Source of the DNA: Clostridia bacterium
Lineage (GTDB): Bacteria > Bacillota > Clostridia > Oscillospirales > CAG-272
Assembly (NCBI GenBank): GCA_017462795.1
Contig: JAFTQL010000015.1
Span: forward strand, 7,825-71,824
Reading direction: 5' to 3'
DNA length: 64,000 nt
Part shown: piece by piece, positions 47,940 to 57,580 of the stretch
Numbering within the stretch: position 1 is the first letter of the stretch
Layout: each line of letters starts with the position of its first letter
Program-made: the position numbers and the translations under genes
Notes under the pieces: model-generated
Database searches by the model: none
Told to the model about the DNA's origin: nothing
The model's input: only the letters and a program-made list of their open reading frames with translations

Positions 47940-48425
47940 GTGATTTCCGTGGCGGAAAAGAAAACGGGTACAAAGATCATCGCCCAGAATAAGAAGGCGT
48001 ATCATGAATATTTCGTTGACGATAAGTACGAGGCGGGTATCGCGCTCTTCGGAACTGAGGTCAAAAGCATTCGCGCGGGTGCTGTCAATCTCAAGGATTC
48101 GTATTGCTCCTTTAAGAACGGAGAGCTTTATGTGCTGGGTATGCACGTAAGTCCTTATGAGAAGGGAAATATCTTCAACCGCGAGCCGCTCAGAGAGCGC
48201 AAGCTGCTGATGCACAGAAGAGAGCTTAATAAGCTGTTCGGTCTGGTATCGCAAAAGGGACTGACGCTTGTGCCGCTGTCACTGTACTTTTCGGGAAAGA
48301 ATGTTAAGGCGGAGGTCGGACTTTGTCGAGGCAAAAAGCTTTATGATAAGCGCGACGTTGCGGCGGAGAAGCAGGCATCAAGGGAAATGGACAGACGCAT
48401 CAAGGATCAGTCGAGATATGATTGA
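47940..48425 (+). CDS. smpB: SsrA-binding protein
   Basis: [42 protein letters not shown]; start may be GTG at 47940 or 47949. Confidence 0.96.
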   Translation: MISVAEKKTGTKIIAQNKKAYHEYFVDDKYEAGIALFGTEVKSIRAGAVNLKDSYCSFKNGELYVLGMHVSPYEKGNIFNREPLRERKLLMHRRELNKLFGLVSQKGLTLVPLSLYFSGKNVKAEVGLCRGKKLYDKRDVAAEKQASREMDRRIKDQSRYD

Positions 48426-48475
48426 TCTCTCAATACCTTTTCATTTTTCACTATTACTTCTTACTTTAATTACAT

Positions 48476-48845
48476 GGGCCCGTAAAGGTTTCGACGGGGA
48501 TTTTGAGGTATAATAAGCGGGTAGAGCCGGGCAATCTCTATAAAGGCCCAAACTTAAATATAAACGCTAACGATAGAAACGTTGCAATGGCTGCCTGATG
48601 GCAGTGCCGCGGCATAACGCCGCCCGTTCCTCCGAGGAGTATCGCGACCTCGGACTGAGCGTCATTTAAGCGGTGAACGTGCGTCGGTGTTTCGCCATTG
48701 AGCCGACCACGCAGAAAATGGCTACCCAAGGAAGTGGCTTGTCCGCTGACTGCTCCCAAGGGGAAATATAATCAACGGAATGCACCCGGAGAAAGTTATA
48801 TCAAGAGGTTTTCGGACAGGGGTTCGACTCCCCTCGGGTCCACCA
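48476..48845 (+). ncRNA. ssrA: tmRNA
   Basis: 5' GGGCCCGTAAAGGTTTCGACGGG; 3' GGGGTTCGACTCCCCTCGGGTCCACCA; G3-U acceptor pair; tag ORF 48566-48598 encodes ANDRNVAMAA; directly follows smpB. Confidence 0.96.
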
Positions 48846-48890
48846 AAAAAGCTATGGAGCGAAAAAATTTCGCTCCATAGCTTTTTTATT
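48845..48890 (+). terminator. ssrA terminator
   Basis: AAAAAAGCTATGGAGCGAAA...TTTCGCTCCATAGCTTTTTT. Confidence 0.85.
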
Positions 48891-49188
48891 GGACCCATAC
48901 AAATGGGAGTCGAACGCAGCGAACAAAACAACCCGGTGAGTTGTTTTGGAGCGGTGACCGAAGAATTTTGCGAAGTATAACAAAAGAGAAAACCAGAAAT
49001 ACTTCGCAAAATTCAAGAACGACTCCCCTCGGGAAATGCGGATGAAGGAGAACACGCCGTGTTCTCCCTATGGCTTTTTTGTAAATCAAATGGAGGGAGT
49101 CGAACGGGGGCGCAATGAATGACAGTCCGGGGGACTGTCAGAACGCACTCTGACCGAGCCCGCAGGCGAGACCGACTCCCCTCGGGTC
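48891..49188. repeat. two palindromic units bounded by inverted and direct copies of the tmRNA 3' end
   Basis: GGGAGTCGAAC at 48905 and 49095; CGACTCCCCTCGGG at 49020 and CGACTCCCCTCGGGTC at 49173. Confidence 0.8.
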
Positions 49189-49238
49189 TTCTATAAAAAA
49201 TCAGTATAATGCAGTAAAACTTTTATAATATGTCAATT

Positions 49239-50810
49239 TCAAAGGTAGTGAATCGTTGCTGAAGACGGAACACTGGCAGTATAAGCAAATTTATTCCATT
49301 CGGCTTCTGTTCCATGGTAATAAATATCTGTAAGAGATCTGCAACTTTTGAAGGTATATCCTCCAAAAGATGTTATGCTGTGAGGTATGGTAACTGTTCG
49401 AAGATCCCTACAATTACAAAAAGCATATTGTCCTACTATTCTTATACTATCCGAAAATACAACACTTGTAATTCCAGAACATCCGTAAAATGCGTAAGCA
49501 CTTACAGATGTATTATTAGGGATGATCAACTCCGTTATAAGTTCTCCGTTTAAATACAGATATCCCATATTACTAAGTGGGTTGCAAGAATGTGTTGCAA
49601 ATTTTATCTCACACCAAGCGGCTAAATCGGAGATATTTACTTCCATAAGGTTGGAACACCCGCTAAAGACATTGCCGCCCCTAATTTCTGTTATTGTTGA
49701 TGGTATTGTAATGCTTACCAGATCGGAATAATAAAAAGCTGATGCGCCAATGTATGTAACTCCTTCGGGAATTATGATGCTTGTAATATCTTCCCAATCA
49801 AATGCCTTCGCTCCTATTCCTACTACATCCTCGCCACTTGGCGAAATTGCGGGAATAATGATATTTTTGTCTTTGCAAGTTCCAATATCGGAAACATAGC
49901 ATGTTCCGTCTCCATTGGACACATATACCAATCCTTCGCTGATCCTTTGTTTACCGCATCTTATGCAAACATCATTTGCATAACGGTGTCCGAGTTTTGG
50001 CTTTTCGACATATGAGGAATATCCGCACCTCGAGCATGTCTCATAAGAATCCCAACCGTTGTCTGTGCATGTGGGCTCCTGGGCGCTGTGTGTGCGTGTG
50101 TCATGACCCAAATTCGGAATCTCGGTATATGTGGAATATTCACATCTTGTGCATGCTTCGTAAGAATACCATCCCACTGTTGTACAGGAGGGATCTTTTT
50201 TATTATATTTTGTCGTGTCGTGTCCAAGCGACGGTATAGACAGCTCTTTCTGATTGCTGTAGGCTTGACCGTCATGGATTATTGTGGCTGTATACAGTAT
50301 TTTTCCGCTTTTGGTACAGGTCGCGGAAGTTACGGTTTTTTCGGATATGCTTGCTGTGACCTGTGTTGTGTGTGTACCGTCATTCTTACATGTAAGTGTA
50401 GCTTTGGCGGCTGTGTATCCACTCCAATCCCACACTATATTTTCACCATCGTAATCATGACCGATTTGATCGATGGATTCTTGCTCAACAATAATAAGAC
50501 CGCAGGCGGAGCAATGCTTTCCCAATGTCAGACCTGACTGAGTGCAGGTGGGAGATACTTCTTTATCTTCCACTTCGGTGTGCCCTATGGGTTCTATGGT
50601 GCGTATTTCCTCATCTTCACAGTCGTTACATACGCGTATTTTTGTTCCGCTTGCTGTGCAGGTTGGAGCATTGACTGTCCAATCGCCGTAATCATGTTCC
50701 TCGCAGACTGCGTCATCCGAAGGAGATGTGGCTTCTTGTTTACAGGCAATAAAAAGGATCGACAATACGACAAGCAGTATTGTCATAATTGTAAGAGAGA
50801 GTTTTTTCAT
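49239..50810 (-). CDS. surface lipoprotein with Cys/His repeats and BspA-type leucine-rich repeats
   Basis: Signal peptide ending FIAC; repeats GH..PTCT.G...C..C; LRR units ITSIIIPEGVTYIGASAF, VTIPHSITSFGGYTFKSC. Visibly AT-richer than neighbours; GGAGG SD at MKKLSL. Confidence 0.85.
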   Translation of the reverse strand: MKKLSLTIMTILLVVLSILFIACKQEATSPSDDAVCEEHDYGDWTVNAPTCTASGTKIRVCNDCEDEEIRTIEPIGHTEVEDKEVSPTCTQSGLTLGKHCSACGLIIVEQESIDQIGHDYDGENIVWDWSGYTAAKATLTCKNDGTHTTQVTASISEKTVTSATCTKSGKILYTATIIHDGQAYSNQKELSIPSLGHDTTKYNKKDPSCTTVGWYSYEACTRCEYSTYTEIPNLGHDTRTHSAQEPTCTDNGWDSYETCSRCGYSSYVEKPKLGHRYANDVCIRCGKQRISEGLVYVSNGDGTCYVSDIGTCKDKNIIIPAISPSGEDVVGIGAKAFDWEDITSIIIPEGVTYIGASAFYYSDLVSITIPSTITEIRGGNVFSGCSNLMEVNISDLAAWCEIKFATHSCNPLSNMGYLYLNGELITELIIPNNTSVSAYAFYGCSGITSVVFSDSIRIVGQYAFCNCRDLRTVTIPHSITSFGGYTFKSCRSLTDIYYHGTEAEWNKFAYTASVPSSATIHYL

Positions 50811-50821
50811 GTTTTTCCTCC

Positions 50822-51074
50822 AAAAAATAAAAAGTGCGCCGACATGAAGCCTGCGCACAAAAACACAAACTCCAGTCGTCGCCAAACAAACTATATACAG
50901 ATCAGGTATATAAATACTATCGCTGTACGGAATTTGTATTTTATCAAATTCAACAACGATAGCATACTCAAAAAAGAGTACAATTATCCCAATAATAAAG
51001 AAAAAATACCCTTATATCTGTATATTTAGTTTGTTTGGCATCCTTATTTTAGCACAAAGCAGAGGAAAAGTCAA
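50822..51074 (-). promoter_or_regulatory. promoter plus about 230-nt structured 5' leader ending in a terminator-like hairpin
   Basis: TTGACT (51074-51069), 17 nt, TAAAAT (51051-51046); long stem 51039-51016/50902-50881; inner stem; GTGCGC/GCGCAC plus U tract before the SD. Confidence 0.65.
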
Positions 51075-51121
51075 TACTAATCCGGGAAAAAATTGAAAAT
51101 GGGGAAATATGTTCAAAAAAT

Positions 51122-51180
51122 AAAAACAGGCAAGGTGTTCAAACATTACCGCACAGCGGTATTGACACCTTGTCTGTTTT
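51122..51180 (-). terminator. intrinsic terminator after the AEC transporter gene
   Basis: AAAAACAGGCAAGGTGT...ACACCTTGTCTGTTTT. Confidence 0.7.
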
Positions 51181-51197
51181 ATCTGTAAATAAATATA

Positions 51198-52151
51198 TTA
51201 CAACTCAATTATCTTCTGCGCCACCCAGATAACACAGGGCATGGTGGCGATGGAGAGGAGAGACGATGTTCCCACGCCCTGGGCGGAGAAGCCGGGGGAG
51301 ATGTCGTAAAGCTCTGCGAGCATTGATACCGAGGTTGCCGAGGGCATTGAGGTAAGGGCAGTGGCGAAGAGTATCCACATATCGCTAAAGCCCATAAGCT
51401 TCATGAGAACGCAGACAAGCAGGGGGATAATTATCAGCTTGAAGGCGCACAGATAATAGACCTTTCCCGAGCCGAATATCATCTTCATGCTTCTGCCCGC
51501 CAGCAACGCGCCGATGATAAGCATGGACACGGGGGTGCAGAGAGAGGCGATATAGGACAGTGAGGAGAGGGCGAATGTGGGAAGCTTGAAGGAGGGGATA
51601 AGGGCAGGGAGCAGGAAGATCGCCCAGCCGATAACGCTGGGGACAGTTCCCTTGTTTATCAGCGCCTTTTTCCACGTCAGCCTGATGTCATCGCGCTTAC
51701 GTCCGAGGATAGCAATGCCCAGCGTCCACATCAGGATATTGAAGCTTGCCACGATAAACGATGCCATGAACGCTCCTATGTCACCGAAGAGCGACTCCAT
51801 GATGGGTATTCCGATAAATCCCGTATTGCCGAATATCATCGAGAATTCTATTATCTTCCTCTCGTCAAGGTTCTTTATTTTAATACAGGCGATGTACGCC
51901 ACAAGTCCCATAAACAGGTGGACGATAAATCCAAGCGCGAGAGTTTTTAAACCCAGCGCCAGATTCTCCGCCGAATACTGCATTTTAACAAGAGAGGAGA
52001 TTATAAGCGCGGGCTGCGCTATGCTGATTATAAGTCCCGACAGCTTTTTTGAGGCAACGCTGTCGATAATGCCTATCTTTCCGGCGATATATCCAACGAT
52101 AAGCATGATGAAAAGAGTGGCTATTGTATTGAGAAGTGCTGTGAAATCCAT
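51198..52151 (-). CDS. AEC (auxin efflux carrier) family transporter
   Basis: AQPALII, FGNTGFIGIP, TPVSMLIIG, MPSATSV; about 10 TM. Confidence 0.88.
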   Translation of the reverse strand: MDFTALLNTIATLFIMLIVGYIAGKIGIIDSVASKKLSGLIISIAQPALIISSLVKMQYSAENLALGLKTLALGFIVHLFMGLVAYIACIKIKNLDERKIIEFSMIFGNTGFIGIPIMESLFGDIGAFMASFIVASFNILMWTLGIAILGRKRDDIRLTWKKALINKGTVPSVIGWAIFLLPALIPSFKLPTFALSSLSYIASLCTPVSMLIIGALLAGRSMKMIFGSGKVYYLCAFKLIIIPLLVCVLMKLMGFSDMWILFATALTSMPSATSVSMLAELYDISPGFSAQGVGTSSLLSIATMPCVIWVAQKIIEL

Positions 52152-52168
52152 GTTATTAATATTCCTTG

Positions 52169-52738
52169 TCAGTTGATAGTATCGAGCTTTGCCTTGATCG
52201 CCTTCATGTCCGCGAGCATTTCCTCTTTTCTGCGGGGATCGCGGAGCAGAAGGGCGGGATGGTAGACCGCGGTGATGAGGAAATTGCCCTTTTCAAACCA
52301 CTGTCCGTGCTCCTTGGTTATCCTGAAGTCGGGCTTTATCAGCCTCATTGCGGAGATCCTTCCGAGGCATACTATCACCTTTGGCTTGATCAGTCTTACC
52401 TGTCTGCGCAGAAATTCGATGCAGGCGTCCTCCTCCGCGGGAAGGGGATCGCGGTTCTTTGGCGGACGGCATTTGAGAATGTTGGCGATATATACATTTT
52501 CTCTGGGGATGTCCACGGCGAACAGATATTGGTCAAGCAGCTTTCCCGCTCTGCCCACAAAGGGGATACCCGTCTTATCCTCGTTATCTCCTGGGGCTTC
52601 GCCCACAAAAAGGACATCTGCCTCGGTGTTTCCCGTGCCGAAAACGCAATTTGTTCTGGTCTTGCACAGCTCGCAGGCGGTGCATGCTTCGCAGTCCGCT
52701 CTCAGCTTTTCCCATGAATCGTTGCTTATGTTGCTCAT
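52169..52738 (-). CDS. uracil-DNA glycosylase family 4 (Fe-S)
   Basis: CTACELC, VGEAPG, PFVGRAG, NILKCRPPKNRDP, YHPALLLR. Confidence 0.92.
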   Translation of the reverse strand: MSNISNDSWEKLRADCEACTACELCKTRTNCVFGTGNTEADVLFVGEAPGDNEDKTGIPFVGRAGKLLDQYLFAVDIPRENVYIANILKCRPPKNRDPLPAEEDACIEFLRRQVRLIKPKVIVCLGRISAMRLIKPDFRITKEHGQWFEKGNFLITAVYHPALLLRDPRRKEEMLADMKAIKAKLDTIN

Positions 52739-52759
52739 ATTTTCACTTCCTGTAATGTT

Positions 52760-54040
52760 TTATATTGTTATTTTCCTGCATTCAAGATAATATCTCTTAT
52801 CCTCGGCGTGACCCATGGAGAAGGTCTTGCGGGGGAGCGCGCCGTCAAAGATGACTGTCCTGAAAAGCTCTGACTTGCTCATGCCCGAGAAGGTAAAGCC
52901 GATAGCGCCCACCTTGGCGGAAAGAGCCCTGATGGAGCTATCTCCGTGGATATAGTCCACCTCGGCGGCGGGGTGTGTCTTGATATAACCGTCAATAAAG
53001 TCCTGAAGCGTGCCCACTGTAAGCTGGCGGACGGGGTGAGGAACGGTTATCTCTCCTGTTCTGTCTTTGATGATATAGGTCATTTTCTGCTCGCCGGCGC
53101 GTCCGTCAAGAGCGGACAGATAGCTGTTGAGGCTCGCCAGAACGTCCTCCGGATCAACGCCGAACATTACTCTGTATATAGGCTCAAACTTCAGCGCGCT
53201 GTCATGTATATTGACTATCTCGGCAAGAGCAAAGCGGGCGGGATGGGTAGCGGCGGCATCAGCTCCTATAGCCGCTTTGATCTCATCATAAGCCGCCTTG
53301 GCGCTGGCAAGGGAATGGTTTCCGTCCCCCACCGCGAAGAGAAGGGGAGCGAGAGCGCTGTCGCCGTAACGCGCCTTCATCTGCTCGGGAGTGATGAGAG
53401 TGTCAAGGGCGGAGGAGAGCTTGTTTTGCTCATCCTTTGAGAGAAATCTTCCATTGATGTGACCGCCGCCCATCATAAGCTCGGTGTTATAAGCGGCTTC
53501 TCCGTGGCATCCGTTCGCAAGAGGCTCAATGACGGTCTTTTCGGGGTCGTCGATGAGAAGCATGACGTGGGGCAGCTCAATGTCCGCTCCCCGTCTGATA
53601 GCAACGCGGGGAGGTATCCTCTCCACCACCGTTGCCTCTGTGGCGCGTATCAGAGAGCCCGCGCCCCTGGTGTAGTCATATGACTCGAGATCCACAGCCA
53701 TAACAACGCCTCTGCGGACACTGCCGTCGGACTGAGTGCGCTCGACGTATATCATGGAATCCCTGTGGCAAACGAGGATGTCGCGCAGATACTGCTTCAT
53801 GGTGGCATTTATTTCCGGGATGCGCTTTTCCGACTCGGAAAGATATACCTCGGGAAGTATCATGCGGAGAGTGGAAGGCGCGTCTCCTACCTGCGCCTCA
53901 ACACCCTGCCAGTATTCGGGTTCGCTGGTGAACTGATCGCAAGCCACAACAGCCCATTTGCCCGCGTCGGTCTTTGTAAAATCGGGCAGAAGAATATCCG
54001 CCGATGAGTAGCATTTTTGCATGGAATAGAGTCCTTTCAA
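52760..54040 (-). CDS. DUF1015 family protein
   Basis: WAVVACDQFTSEPEYW, RATEAT, AVGDGNHSLA, LPRKTFSMG..KRYYLECR; start may be at 54022. Confidence 0.85.
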   Translation of the reverse strand: MKGLYSMQKCYSSADILLPDFTKTDAGKWAVVACDQFTSEPEYWQGVEAQVGDAPSTLRMILPEVYLSESEKRIPEINATMKQYLRDILVCHRDSMIYVERTQSDGSVRRGVVMAVDLESYDYTRGAGSLIRATEATVVERIPPRVAIRRGADIELPHVMLLIDDPEKTVIEPLANGCHGEAAYNTELMMGGGHINGRFLSKDEQNKLSSALDTLITPEQMKARYGDSALAPLLFAVGDGNHSLASAKAAYDEIKAAIGADAAATHPARFALAEIVNIHDSALKFEPIYRVMFGVDPEDVLASLNSYLSALDGRAGEQKMTYIIKDRTGEITVPHPVRQLTVGTLQDFIDGYIKTHPAAEVDYIHGDSSIRALSAKVGAIGFTFSGMSKSELFRTVIFDGALPRKTFSMGHAEDKRYYLECRKITI

Positions 54041-54104
54041 TTTCTGTTTTAAATATATTTTTATTCTTTTTATTCTGAGCCCGGAGAATATCCGGTTTTT
54101 TGTT

Positions 54105-54923
54105 TTAAGGTCTTATCTTCTCGAAGATCGCGAACAGACCCAGTCTGTGGCAGAGCTTGTACTGATCCTCCGATCGCACCGTCCACACAAAGCCGCGGCA
54201 GCCGAAGACCGAGGCGCACAGGCGGAAGGACGGATTTTTCATATGGCCTCCGCCGACCGAGATGAAATCGGGGCGGGAGAGTATGTTTAGAAGCAGATTG
54301 GAGAGCATAAAGCGAACAAGAAAATTGTGCTTTGAGCTGTTGCTTTTTTTCATTTTTGATACAAGCTGACCTCTTGCGAAGCGGGGGCGGTAGCTCTTGA
54401 ACCACGACAGCGCAAGTGGGCTGAAGGACTGTACGGCAAACGCGCCCGAATAGGTATCCATTCTTTCCGCTACCTTACGGCAGAGAGCCTCTTCCTTGCC
54501 CTCTCCCTTGATCTCGATCAGCAGAGGCACTTTTCCGTCCACAAGCGCAAGCACCTCGTCAAGTGTAGGTACGGTCATGCCGCTGTCAAGCAGTCTGCAG
54601 GTCTTCAACTCAGCACAGCTAAGATCGCCAAGCTTTTTGTCAATACCGCACATGCGTTTCAGCGTGGCATCGTGAAATACCATTATCTCACCGTCCGATG
54701 ACAGTCTTACGTCCAGCTCTATGCCGTAGCCGTGCTTTACCGCCAAGGCGAAGGCGGCAAGTGAATTTTCGGGGTTGGCGGTGTCCCAAAGACCCCGATG
54801 AGCGTAATCTGTGGTGAGCAGGTCCATGTCCGCTCTGTCCGTCACACGGGGCATCATCAGAAAAATGTACGTCACCGCCGCTATCACAGCCAGAAGGACG
54901 GCAACAGTTATTCCAATAAGCAT
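54105..54923 (-). CDS. glycerophosphodiester phosphodiesterase with N-terminal TM
   Basis: YAHRGL, PENSLAAF, IELDV, VFHDATL, LIEIK, VQSF, VWTV. Confidence 0.9.
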   Translation of the reverse strand: MLIGITVAVLLAVIAAVTYIFLMMPRVTDRADMDLLTTDYAHRGLWDTANPENSLAAFALAVKHGYGIELDVRLSSDGEIMVFHDATLKRMCGIDKKLGDLSCAELKTCRLLDSGMTVPTLDEVLALVDGKVPLLIEIKGEGKEEALCRKVAERMDTYSGAFAVQSFSPLALSWFKSYRPRFARGQLVSKMKKSNSSKHNFLVRFMLSNLLLNILSRPDFISVGGGHMKNPSFRLCASVFGCRGFVWTVRSEDQYKLCHRLGLFAIFEKIRP

Positions 54924-54924
54924 A

Positions 54925-55482
54925 TCAACCTCTTTTGCCGATGGCGAGCGCGGCTCTGATGACTGCCGACTGCGTCTTGCCGTCGTGAATCTCTCCGCGC
55001 ATTATCATGTCCACAAGATCGTCCACGGGGATCTTTACTATCTCAATAAACTCGTCCTCGTCAAAATCGGTGTCTCCGAACTCAAGACCCTCCGCAAGAT
55101 ACATGTGGATGCACTCGTCAAGTATGGCGGGGGAGGAATAGTATTTGCCCATGTAGGTAAGGCTTTTGCAGGTAGCTCCCGTCTCCTCTCTCAGCTCTCT
55201 GAGAGCCGCCTCGCGGGGGTCCTCGTCCTTTGCGTCAAGCTTGCCCGCGGGTATCTCAAGCATTACCTCGCCCACGGCGTAGCGGTACTGCTTTACGCAT
55301 ATTATCTCACCCTCGTCGGTGACGGGAACAACGCAGACCGCGCCTATATGGCGGCAGAACTCGCGGAACGCCTCTCTGCCGTCGGGAAGATATATCTCAT
55401 CACGGTAAAGGTGAAGCACCTTGCCGTCAAAAATAAGCTGTGAGGATTTTTCTTTTTCTTCAAATCTTGAAATATCGTTCAT
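54925..55482 (-). CDS. NUDIX hydrolase (ADP-ribose pyrophosphatase, NudF-like)
   Basis: QYRY, EIPAGKLD..AALRELREETG Nudix box, DEDEFIE, IHDGKT; start MNDISRF. Confidence 0.9.
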   Translation of the reverse strand: MNDISRFEEKEKSSQLIFDGKVLHLYRDEIYLPDGREAFREFCRHIGAVCVVPVTDEGEIICVKQYRYAVGEVMLEIPAGKLDAKDEDPREAALRELREETGATCKSLTYMGKYYSSPAILDECIHMYLAEGLEFGDTDFDEDEFIEIVKIPVDDLVDMIMRGEIHDGKTQSAVIRAALAIGKRG

Positions 55483-55662
55483 ATGCCGTCTCCCATAAAT
55501 ATTATAATATATAATTATACAACAATATTTGCTCAAAATCAATAGCTGTATTTCAATTTTAACTTGATTTTAACTTGATTTCCGTTCGATTATATGTTAA
55601 AATATATCCGATAAATGCAATTGTTATATAATTACTATATTTGAAAGGCAGATATGTAGCTT

Positions 55663-56103
55663 ATGAAGCATGTTGATATCTACACGGACGGAGCTTGCCG
55701 CGGGAATCCCGGAAGGGGTGGATGGGGCGCTATACTCGTTTTCGGCGGTAAGGAAAAGGAGATGTCGGGGGGAGAGCCCATGACCACCAACAACCGCATG
55801 GAGCTGATGGCGGCTATCCGCGCCCTTGAAGCGCTCAAGGAGCCCTGCGAGGTCACACTGACCTCCGATTCCAAGTACCTCACCGACGCAATTAATAAAA
55901 ATTGGCTGGAATCGTGGAAAAAACGCGGCTGGAAAAAGGCGGACAGATCTCCCGTCCTTAATCCCGAGCTGTGGCAGAAAATAGATGAGCTTATCCATAT
56001 CCATAAAGTCACCTTCGTCTGGGTACACGGTCACGCAGGTCACCCCTACAACGAACGCTGTGACGTACTGGCGACTACCTTCGCGGATTCGCTGGGGAGT
56101 TAG
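55663..56103 (+). CDS. rnhA: ribonuclease HI
   Basis: [41 protein letters not shown]. Confidence 0.95.
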   Translation: MKHVDIYTDGACRGNPGRGGWGAILVFGGKEKEMSGGEPMTTNNRMELMAAIRALEALKEPCEVTLTSDSKYLTDAINKNWLESWKKRGWKKADRSPVLNPELWQKIDELIHIHKVTFVWVHGHAGHPYNERCDVLATTFADSLGS

Positions 56104-56167
56104 CTTGTTGGAAAAAATACATTCGCCCCTGTCTTGTTTCATCATTACCGCATTACCGCAAATTATA

Positions 56168-57163
56168 TCACAAAATTAACATTCCCAGCAAAAAGCATAT
56201 TATCGCGCGGGCGGTGTGAGATAGGAAGTAGGGCTTGAAGGATACCGGAGCGGAGCAGATGGCGATGGTCTGGAAGTGGACGGATATGCCCGACCAACCA
56301 ACGGCGAGGGCGCATAGCGGGAGAGTGAGGTTGGAGGAAATAAAAGAGATCGAGGAGATGGCGGAGAGACCCGAGGTCAGCTCAAAGAAGGCGAACAGCA
56401 GCGCGTGAACGGACCGGGGGACGGTAACAAACGACAGCGCGGACTCGAGAGTTCCGAGAAAAGCGGAGAAGAATACCACAAAGGCGCATACGTTCAGCAT
56501 ACCCACCGCCGCTTCGGAGACAGCGCGGGTAAACACCTTGGCAAGAGGCAGAGAGCTTTGAGCTGTATTTGTGACGGGCGGCTCGCGGTTACTTTGCGGG
56601 ATGGGAGCGATGAGCTTCAGGATGATACCGAGTATGAGGGCGGAGGCTATGGAGATAAGGTAGAGACCGAGACCCGAGGTGCGCGAGCCCAGCATAGTAC
56701 CGCCCACGGTGGCGATGAGAAAAGCGGGACTGGGAGTACCGCATATGCACAAAAGACGGGAGTATTCGGCGTGGCTTATCCTTGACGATGCGTAAAGCTC
56801 GCAAGCGCATTTAGCGCCCACGGGAAAGCCGCACGCCCAGCCGAGGATAACAGCCACCGACCCCTCGCCGCCAATGCCGAACAGTGCGCGGAAGGGCTTG
56901 CCGAATACACACGCGGCAGCGTTGCCAAGCCCGCTTGCTACTATAAGCGAGGACACCGCCATAAAGGGAAAAAGAGAGGGGATCAGCTTTCCCGCGCACA
57001 GCGCAAGCCCCTCTGTCACCCACACGGCGGCGGCATCGGCGTTTTTGAAAAACAGTATCATAATAAAAAGACTCATGTAGCAAAAGACAAGCCGTCGGTT
57101 GCGTGCATGCGTCTTTTTTTGTATTTGGGGCTTTGGTTGCGCGTAGGCGATCTTATTTGTCAT
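56168..57163 (-). CDS. ylbJ: sporulation integral membrane protein YlbJ-like
   Basis: LIPSLFPF, GWACGFPVGA, PSPAFLI, CAFVVFFS, FELTSG, GWSGISVHFQ. Confidence 0.8.
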   Translation of the reverse strand: MTNKIAYAQPKPQIQKKTHARNRRLVFCYMSLFIMILFFKNADAAAVWVTEGLALCAGKLIPSLFPFMAVSSLIVASGLGNAAACVFGKPFRALFGIGGEGSVAVILGWACGFPVGAKCACELYASSRISHAEYSRLLCICGTPSPAFLIATVGGTMLGSRTSGLGLYLISIASALILGIILKLIAPIPQSNREPPVTNTAQSSLPLAKVFTRAVSEAAVGMLNVCAFVVFFSAFLGTLESALSFVTVPRSVHALLFAFFELTSGLSAISSISFISSNLTLPLCALAVGWSGISVHFQTIAICSAPVSFKPYFLSHTARAIICFLLGMLIL

Positions 57164-57188
57164 GTGGCAGTCTCCGCAAGCATAAATT
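57159..57188 (+). promoter_or_regulatory. possible sigma-E promoter for yqfC-yqfD
   Basis: GTCATGTG, 14 nt, CATAAATT resembles the sigma-E consensus; yqfCD is sigma-E controlled in Bacillus subtilis. Confidence 0.4.
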
Positions 57189-57274
57189 GTAATACAGGTG
57201 CAAATTATTTTTCTCGGTAAATTTTACTGCCGGATACGGAAAAATATGCGAACATTCAATGATCTGTATGCGAG

Positions 57275-57580
57275 GTGCTTATGTCAGAAAACAAAAGATC
57301 GGAAAAGGCGTCCCTCAGGGAGAGGCTGTGCCACACGCTGGATATACAGCCCGACATATTCCCGGGAGGTACGCTTGTGGAGATACGTGGCAGAAATTCA
57401 GTCACGGTGAAGGGCGGCGGGCGTATCACGGTGTATACCGACAGCGAGGTGCGCCTGCTCACCCGCAACGGCTCTGTCTGTATACGTGGCTCAAGACTGT
57501 GCTGCTCCGCCTATTGCAAGGGCGCTACGTCCGTTGACGGCTGTATATGCTCGGTGAGCTTTGAGGAGGCTGAAGAATGA
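57275..57580 (+). CDS. yqfC: YabP/YqfC family sporulation protein
   Basis: Small beta-rich protein (VEIRGRNSVTV..ITVYTDSEVRL..IRGSRL) overlapping the yqfD start; start may be at 57281. Confidence 0.7.
   Translation: MLMSENKRSEKASLRERLCHTLDIQPDIFPGGTLVEIRGRNSVTVKGGGRITVYTDSEVRLLTRNGSVCIRGSRLCCSAYCKGATSVDGCICSVSFEEAEE

Noticed and set aside
48538-49089. short ORFs over ssrA and its downstream palindromes
   Set aside because: They overlap tmRNA and repeat structure and show no protein-like features.
48846-51200. prophage or ICE integrated at ssrA
   Set aside because: No integrase, phage or conjugation genes; only short 3'-end duplications and one cargo-like gene.
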